DNA of 64,000 nucleotides from Octopus sinensis (Eukaryota): NCBI RefSeq assembly GCF_006345805.1, contig NC_043022.1, positions 15,810,001 to 15,874,000 of the forward strand, read 5' to 3'. Shown piece by piece: positions 58,155 to 64,000 of this stretch (position 1 is its first letter; each line of letters starts with the position of its first letter). The notes under the pieces were generated by a model. It saw only the letters and a program-made list of their open reading frames with translations, ran no database searches and was not told where the DNA came from. The position numbers and the translations under genes were made by a program.

Positions 58155-58694
58155 TCATTTTTTTTTTCTTCCTTTAATTTTAATGCTTGTTCCTCCGTTG
58201 GTTGTGGTGAATTTGCGATGTCTCTCTAAATTAACACTTGACACTTTGACTTTTATTTTCGAACAGCATCCTTTAATTTCGAGCCTTTTAAATACCCAAA
58301 GTCTCCTGTTATCAAGGGAGTGATAGTTTCCTTCGAGTGGTGCGACAGTTATGAGTGGAAAGTCTTCGATCTTTATCCTACCGGCCACTATATCATTCAC
58401 TGTTTTCTGAAGACTAGCACCACCTGAAAACTTTGGTTGAATGGAACATTGTGTATACCGAATTTCTGATGGTCTTAGTTCCATACTTGATGGCATTCGT
58501 GTCATTTCAGATGGTTTTACTTCCATTTCTGATGGTTCTAATTCCACATCTGATGGTTCTGATTCCACTTCTGATGGTTCTAATTCCACATCTGATGGTT
58601 TTACTTCCATTTCTGATGGTTTTACTTCCACTTCTGATGGTTTAAATTCCACTTCTGGTGGTTTAAATTCCACTTCTAATGGTTTTACTTCCAT
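58155..58694 (-). CDS. Heptad-repeat + ParB/Sulfiredoxin-like domain protein, paralogue 1 (179 aa from first ATG)
   Basis: Non-microsatellite ORF. 10 x 7-aa units (xExKPSE) precede MELRPSEIRYTQCSI...FPLITV...YHSLDNRRLWVFKRLE...KFTTTNGG. The ORF track starts at a GTG (58736) just after an in-frame TAA; the first ATG is 58694 (MEVKPLEV), the same start as paralogue 2. Fold assignment is by motif recognition only. Confidence 0.8.
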   Translation of the reverse strand: MEVKPLEVEFKPPEVEFKPSEVEVKPSEMEVKPSDVELEPSEVESEPSDVELEPSEMEVKPSEMTRMPSSMELRPSEIRYTQCSIQPKFSGGASLQKTVNDIVAGRIKIEDFPLITVAPLEGNYHSLDNRRLWVFKRLEIKGCCSKIKVKVSSVNLERHRKFTTTNGGTSIKIKGRKKK

Positions 58695-58736
58695 TTCTGA
58701 TGGTTTAAACTCTGTTTCTGATGATTTTAGTTCCAC
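58485..58736 (-). repeat. 21-bp minisatellite, 12 units (10 from the first ATG)
   Basis: Repeats of TTCTGATGGTTTTACTTCCAC-like unit on the + strand. Confidence 0.95.
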
Positions 58737-58921
58737 TTCCTTTCTCTCTCTTTATATATGTATATATATATATGCTCAGTCAGTCACAAAAGCAATAAGT
58801 ATTTAGTCCAACTCAAAACCCAACCCAGTTAGACCTTCGCTATAATGATACAAAATTAAACCAAGTGCAGTTTCTAGTTCTTCTTAGCTTGGATCTACAC
58901 ACTTTGTCTCTCTCCAATATG

Positions 58922-58991
58922 ATAATGAAACCACCACCTACTTGACAGCTTTTATATTCGAACATCATAGTGAAAGTAAAACGACTTTTCC
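58922..58991 (-). promoter_or_regulatory. Core promoter of paralogue 1: TATA box, Inr, IRF/kB-like motifs
   Basis: Minus-strand TATAAAAG at 58956-58949, with Inr-like TTTCATT placing A+1 at 58926 (TATA at -30). No ATG between 58926 and 58694. GTTTTACTTTCACT and GGAAAAGTCG lie immediately upstream. Confidence 0.55.
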
Positions 58992-59328
58992 TAGAAATAT
59001 GACTTCTGTTTTGTTTCATAGACACAGAGTGGTGGGGGCTGAGGGGTGTGTGGTTCTCCAGAAGCTAAGAAGTGCGCCCTTCTAAATAATGTTATTGCGT
59101 CCCTTTAAGTTTGGTACTAAATCAGTATCTTTTGCTACATCACTATGTACATTCGTGTTAGTGTCTGTGTGCATGTGTCTGTGTACATGAACGTGTAAAA
59201 GAGTGGGTTTACTAATAACTTGCACATTATGATCTTTAAAAGAAAGTCGCAGCTATCTTCGGTGGTTTCACAGTTCTCTCTCTCTCTCTCTCTCTCTCGT
59301 GTGTGTGTAAGAAAAACCCACCTAAAAC

Positions 59329-60330
59329 TAACCCTTTCGTTACAATATTTCTGACCAAAATACACCCCTCGTGAGTTTCAATTAAATTCTAAAATAATCA
59401 TGAATTTAGACTAGTTTCATTAAACAACTGTAACCTTTTTTACTTATCAACATATTAATGTGATATTTGGAACATAATTAAAAAAAGGGTTCTTAATCAA
59501 TTTTATTGCATAAGTTTTGTCTTAAAGGGACTTTAATTACAGATAAATCCAGGTAAACTGAGAAAAAGGTAAAATATCAATATTTTGTTTAAACATCACC
59601 ATAGAAAATGAATCATCAGCTAATATTCAAATGGGTATGCAACAAAATTTTGACATAGAAGAATTGTGCACATCACTAGATCACCAGTTGAATTTAATGC
59701 ACAACTGAACAGGTGTACTATAAAGGTGAAATAAACTGAAATACTGGAATCCACCTAAATCCACCGCAAGTTTGACCGAACTAAAGAAATCGGTCAAAAA
59801 ATAATATACGGCCCTGGTTATGGTATGGAAGTGATAAATTCCAGACCACATCGTACCCTAGGCCATGCTGACTAACATTATTTTCCCTGTAGTACGCAGC
59901 ATCTGCTTCACAAATTTTCCAAACTTTGATCCCATTTTGTGTTTGTTTACAATCTGCGAAACAGTTTGTTTCCACAGTGATCGCTTCCTAAGAAAGACTC
60001 AGAAAAATTGCTAATAAAAACATTTTTTAAAGTTTTTACTTCATTCCAATGTAAAATCGTCTTTGCTGTCGCTATCCCAGCTTTCAGTTTCTTCAGAATC
60101 GCTGCTTTCGGTTTCAGATACGGAAATATCCCATTCATTCTCGTACACCATGTTCTTTTGTACCTCATTCATTCTTTTTCTCGATATCTCCATATTCTCC
60201 GTTGAAAAACCTTTAGATTCGGAATCACTGCTTGATAGCATGAAACTCCTATCCATTTTCAAAGTTGAAAAAGAAAAAAATCGAACCGAAAAAATGTGGG
60301 GAAAAAAAGTCTCCCAAAATTCACTGTTAT
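59329..60330 (-). mobile_element. Internally deleted piggyBac transposon remnant
   Basis: Acidic N-terminus SDSE...DSDS; GLGYDVVWNL...GRILFFD piggyBac motif; AACCCTTTCGTTAC TIR-like end. Confidence 0.7.
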
Positions 60331-60443
60331 TTTGAATTATTCGGGTCCAGAAGGAGTCTCCACAATATTTGATTGCAACTTAGTAAATTTTTTAGATACA
60401 GTTTTGAAATTTTGTCAGTGCATACTTTATATACCACTGGTTT

Positions 60444-60535
60444 ATACAGGGGTTGGACAAAATAATGGAAACACCTGAAAATTTCAAACAAATTTATTTT
60501 AATATGGAGTAGGACTGCCTTTGGCAATAATTACA
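60444..60535 (+). mobile_element. Tc1-like terminal fragment
   Basis: TA CAGGGGTTGGACAAAATAATGGAAACACC. Confidence 0.6.
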
Positions 60536-61150
60536 ATTTATTACCTTGTCCAGGTTGTTTTGCATACTTTCAACAAATGTGACCTCGAAATCATGCGTAA
60601 ACGGCTTCTTTTTCCAGAAAAAGGAAAGATTTGGCTGCTATTTCTAGCATGCCACGTAACAGCTATTTATGTTCACACCAAAATATTTACTAAATTTTTT
60701 CCTTCCATTTATTTTTTCCCCACTTTATGGAAGTCAATATTTTCTCTGACATCCATCCCAGAAAGGTCATCAAATGCAACCATATCAATTGACTGTCCCC
60801 TCTATTTATGTAGAGAGAGATGTAGTGAATCGCAGAATTAATTTCGAAAATAGAATATCAATGACTTTTATCTGGTACCAGATAAGGCGCAATGACCCAG
60901 TGGTTAGGGCAGCGAACTCGCGGTCATAGGATCGCGGTTTCGATTCCCAGACCGGGCGTTGTGAGTACCTATCGAGTACCTACGTCTGGCGCGAATTCGC
61001 GTGTGCGAAACCGGGACCACGACAATAGACAAGTACCATCGATGACTTTTATCTGGTGCCAGTCATAAGACTGCGACCATGCGGGGCACCACCCTGAAAG
61101 GTTTCCGTTGAACAACTCGACCCTGGGGTGCGCGAAGCTCAGCTGTTACC

Positions 61151-61672
61151 ATACGGCGTTCGGTAAATTCCGTAAAAGTTTTTTAGTTATGGAAATGTGG
61201 GTTTTCTTTGAAATCCGGAATAAAGTGAAAGGAAATGGACGAGATGGGAGGGGCGAGACAAAGTGTGTTGTGTGTGAGAGAGAGGGGGGAGAGTGACAGC
61301 ATACATTTATTTATTTTTCCCCCTCGTCTTTTTCAGTGAGAGAGAGAGAGAGAGAGAGGGGTGTAAAGGAAAATTACGCTCACTCCCTCTCTCTCACATA
61401 CGTAGTGCAAGACACACCTCTCTCTCTCTCTCTTTCACACACACACTTCTCTCTCTCTTTTTTTCACACACACACACACTCCTCTCTCTCTCTCTCTCTT
61501 TTTCACACACACTACTCTCTCTCTTTTTCACACACACTTCTCTCTCTCTCACACACACACATGTCCATTTCTTCTCTCTTTCACTTTATATTACTTTCAA
61601 AGAAAATGTCAATTTCCAACACAAAAATGAATAAAAAGCTGTTTTTTTTTACAGAATTTACCGAACGCCATA
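61151..61672. mobile_element. MITE with ~25-bp TIRs (truncated counterpart from 56123)
   Basis: TACGGCGTTCGGTAAATTCCGTAAAA / TTTTACAGAATTTACCGAACGCCATA. Confidence 0.65.
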
Positions 61673-61831
61673 CCTTAACAGCCGATCAAAGAGACGACAG
61701 TTCTGCGAGTTAACATCGGAATGGAAAGAAAACATCCAATTGTATAGAAACATCCGGATCGACTGCAAATTTCGTATGTTGTTTTTGCTACACCAGGAAA
61801 TCGTATCTTTTTAAAATTTCTGTTACAATTA

Positions 61832-62228
61832 GGCGTAGGAGTGGCTGTGTGGTATGTAGATTGCTTACGAACCACATGCTTCTGGGTTCAGTCCCACTGC
61901 GTGGCACCTTGGGCAAGTGTCTTCTGCTATAGCCTCGGGCCGACCAAAGCCTTGTGAGTGGATTTGGTAGACGGAAACTGAAAGAAGCCTATCGTGTGTG
62001 TGTGTGTGTCTGTGTATATATATATAATGATTGTGTTTGTATCTGTGCCCCCAACATAGCTTGACAACCGATGCTGGTGTGTTTACGTCCCCGTAACTTA
62101 GCGGTTCGGCCAAAGGGACCGATAGAATAAGTACTAGGCTTACAAAGAATAAGTCCTGGGGTCGACTTGCTCGACTAAAGGCGGTGCTCCAGCATGGCCA
62201 CAGTCACATAACTGAAACAAGTAAAAGC
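61832..62228 (+). mobile_element. SINE family A, full length (truncated counterpart at 57805-57890)
   Basis: Shares the diagnostic GGCCAAAGGG variant with the fragment in duplication unit A. Confidence 0.85.
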
Positions 62229-62804
62229 GTATTAACATTTGTTGTTTCTAATTAAAATTGCTTGGCGGTATTTCGTTTGTTTTTACGTTCTGAGTTCAAA
62301 TTCCGCCGAGGCCGACTCTGCCTTTCATCCTTTCGGGATCGATAAATTATGTACCACTTGCATACTAGTGTCGATCTAATCGACTGCCCCGCTCCCCCAA
62401 AATTTCGAGCCTTCTGCCTAGAGTATAAAATCGTGCTATACAAATTACAGTTTTTGACCAAATAAATGAAAGTTAACCCTTACATATTTACATTTTCAAA
62501 AATTGCTGTTTTTTTCTCAAATACAACGAAAAGCAAAGCTAAAAGAAGTCTGGCAGAAAATTACAAACGAAAAGTGTAGATTATACTTACGATTCAAAAA
62601 AGTCTATTTGTACACCATTCTAGTGTTCAATTTTCTAAAATTATATTGAATTCATCATGTATGCAAAAAATGCCTTATAAATTTGGAGAGTGTGTTTTTA
62701 TAGTTGGCAGTCTTTGGGGATTGTGTTAAGACGAAATCGTTTACCCACACACTGACATAAAGAAATTAGGCTGAGAAAGAGGGTGAATGTCATTTTTTTT
62801 TTCT

Positions 62805-63980
62805 TCAGATTATTCTGATGCTTGTTCCTCCGTTGGTTGTGGTGAATTTGCGATGTCTCTCTAAATTAACTCTTGACACGTTGACTTTTATTTTCGAACA
62901 GTATCCTCTATCTTCGAGCCTTTTAAATACCCAAAGTCTCCTGTTATCAAGGGAGTAATAGTTTCCTTCGTGTAGTGCGACAGTTATGGTTGGAAAGTCT
63001 CCGATACTTTTTCTACCGGCCCTTATAGCTTTCACTGTGTCCTCAAGACTAGCACCACGGTAAAACTTTCGTCGAATGGAACTTTGTGAAAACCGAATTT
63101 CTGATGGTTTTAGTTCCATACTTGATGGCATTCGTGTCATTTCAGATAATTTTACTTCCATTTCTGATGGTTCTAATTCCACTTCTGATGGTTTTACTTC
63201 CATTTCTGATGGTTCTAATTCCACTTCTGATGGTTTAAATTCCACTTCTGATGGTTTTACTTCCACTTCTGATGGTTTTACTTCCATTTCTGATGGTTCT
63301 AATTCCACTTCTGATGGTTCTAATTCCACTTCTGATGGTTTTAATTCCACTTCTGATGGTTTAAATTCCGTTTTTGATGGTTTTAATTCCACTTCTGATG
63401 GTTTTACTTCCATTTCTGATGGTTTAAATTCTGTTTTTGATGGTTTTACTTCCATTTCTGATGGTTTTACTTCCATTTCTGATGGTTTAAATTCCGTTTT
63501 TGATGGTTTTACTTCCATTTCTGATGGTTTAAATTCCGTTTTTGATGGTTTTACTTCCGTTTCTGATGGTTTTACTTCCATTTCTGATGGTTTAAATTCC
63601 GTTTTTGATGGTTTTAATTCCACTTCTGATGGTTTTAATTCCACTTCTGATGGTTCTAATTCCACTTCTGATGGGTTAAATTCCGTTTCTGATGGTTTTA
63701 ATTCCATTTCTGATGGTTTTAATTCCACTTCTGATGGTTTTAATCCCATTTCTGATGGTTTTACTTCCACTTCTGATGGTTTAAATTCCGTTTCTGATGG
63801 TTCTAATTCCATTTCTGATGGTTTTACTTCCACTTCTGATGGTTTTAATTCCATTTCTGATGGTTTTACTTCCACTTCTGATGGTTTTAATTCCACTTCT
63901 GATGGTTTAAATTCCACTTCTGATGGTTTAAATTCCACTTCTGATAGTTTTAATTCCACTTCTAATGGTTTTACTTCCAT
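62805..63980 (-). CDS. Heptad-repeat + ParB/Sulfiredoxin-like domain protein, paralogue 2 (391 aa)
   Basis: Open frame across 41 x 21-nt units, then MELKPSEIRFSQSSI...YYSLDNRRLWVFKRLE...KFTTTNGG. About 74% aa identity to the paralogue 1 domain. Upstream region lies beyond the window end. Confidence 0.8.
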   Translation of the reverse strand: MEVKPLEVELKLSEVEFKPSEVEFKPSEVELKPSEVEVKPSEMELKPSEVEVKPSEMELEPSETEFKPSEVEVKPSEMGLKPSEVELKPSEMELKPSETEFNPSEVELEPSEVELKPSEVELKPSKTEFKPSEMEVKPSETEVKPSKTEFKPSEMEVKPSKTEFKPSEMEVKPSEMEVKPSKTEFKPSEMEVKPSEVELKPSKTEFKPSEVELKPSEVELEPSEVELEPSEMEVKPSEVEVKPSEVEFKPSEVELEPSEMEVKPSEVELEPSEMEVKLSEMTRMPSSMELKPSEIRFSQSSIRRKFYRGASLEDTVKAIRAGRKSIGDFPTITVALHEGNYYSLDNRRLWVFKRLEDRGYCSKIKVNVSRVNLERHRKFTTTNGGTSIRII

Positions 63981-64000
63981 TTCTGATGGTTTAAACTCTG
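63120..64000 (-). repeat. 21-bp coding minisatellite, >41 units
   Basis: Same unit as in paralogue 1; frame-preserving and runs to the window end. Confidence 0.95.

Larger units (their letters stand above)
55956..64000. repeat. Tandem segmental duplication, unit A 55956-60804 and unit B 60805->64000
   Basis: TTTATGTAGAGAGAGATGTAGTGAATCGCAG starts both units. 56030-56450 matches 61060-61500, 57890-58170 matches 62526-62805, and the genes are paralogous. Confidence 0.85.

Noticed and set aside
58695-58736. ORF-track start at 58736
   Set aside because: It is a GTG; the first ATG is 58694, matching paralogue 2.
58441-58806. Plus-strand ORF with SDGFTS repeats
   Set aside because: Antisense shadow of the coding minisatellite; the minus frame carries the globular domain and promoter.

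Overview
Eukaryotic, AT-rich and repeat-saturated DNA. The SINE repertoire and microsatellite load point to a cephalopod, probably Octopus (inference). About 55 kb is microsatellite plus dead mobile elements: several tRNA-derived SINE families, RTE and CR1/L2 LINE fragments, non-autonomous Helitrons, piggyBac/mariner/hAT MITEs, and Penelope-like remnants with hammerhead ribozyme motifs. Most listed ORFs are microsatellite artefacts. The only convincing host genes are two tandem, apparently intronless minus-strand paralogues (58155-58694 and 62805-63980) inside a ~4.85 kb duplication. Each has a variable array of 7-aa repeats (10 vs 41 units) fused to a ~105-aa domain resembling ParB/Sulfiredoxin-fold toxin domains (IRxxQxSI...SLDNRRLWVF). 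By my manual count the two domains differ at 27 of 104 codons non-synonymously but at only 3 synonymously, while the downstream non-coding DNA is ~98-99% identical. This suggests a rapidly diversifying effector family (immune or toxin). Copy 1 has a canonical TATA+Inr promoter with adjacent IRF/kB-like motifs. A second highlight is a near-perfect 338-bp palindrome carrying two intact minimal hammerhead ribozymes just downstream of copy 1.
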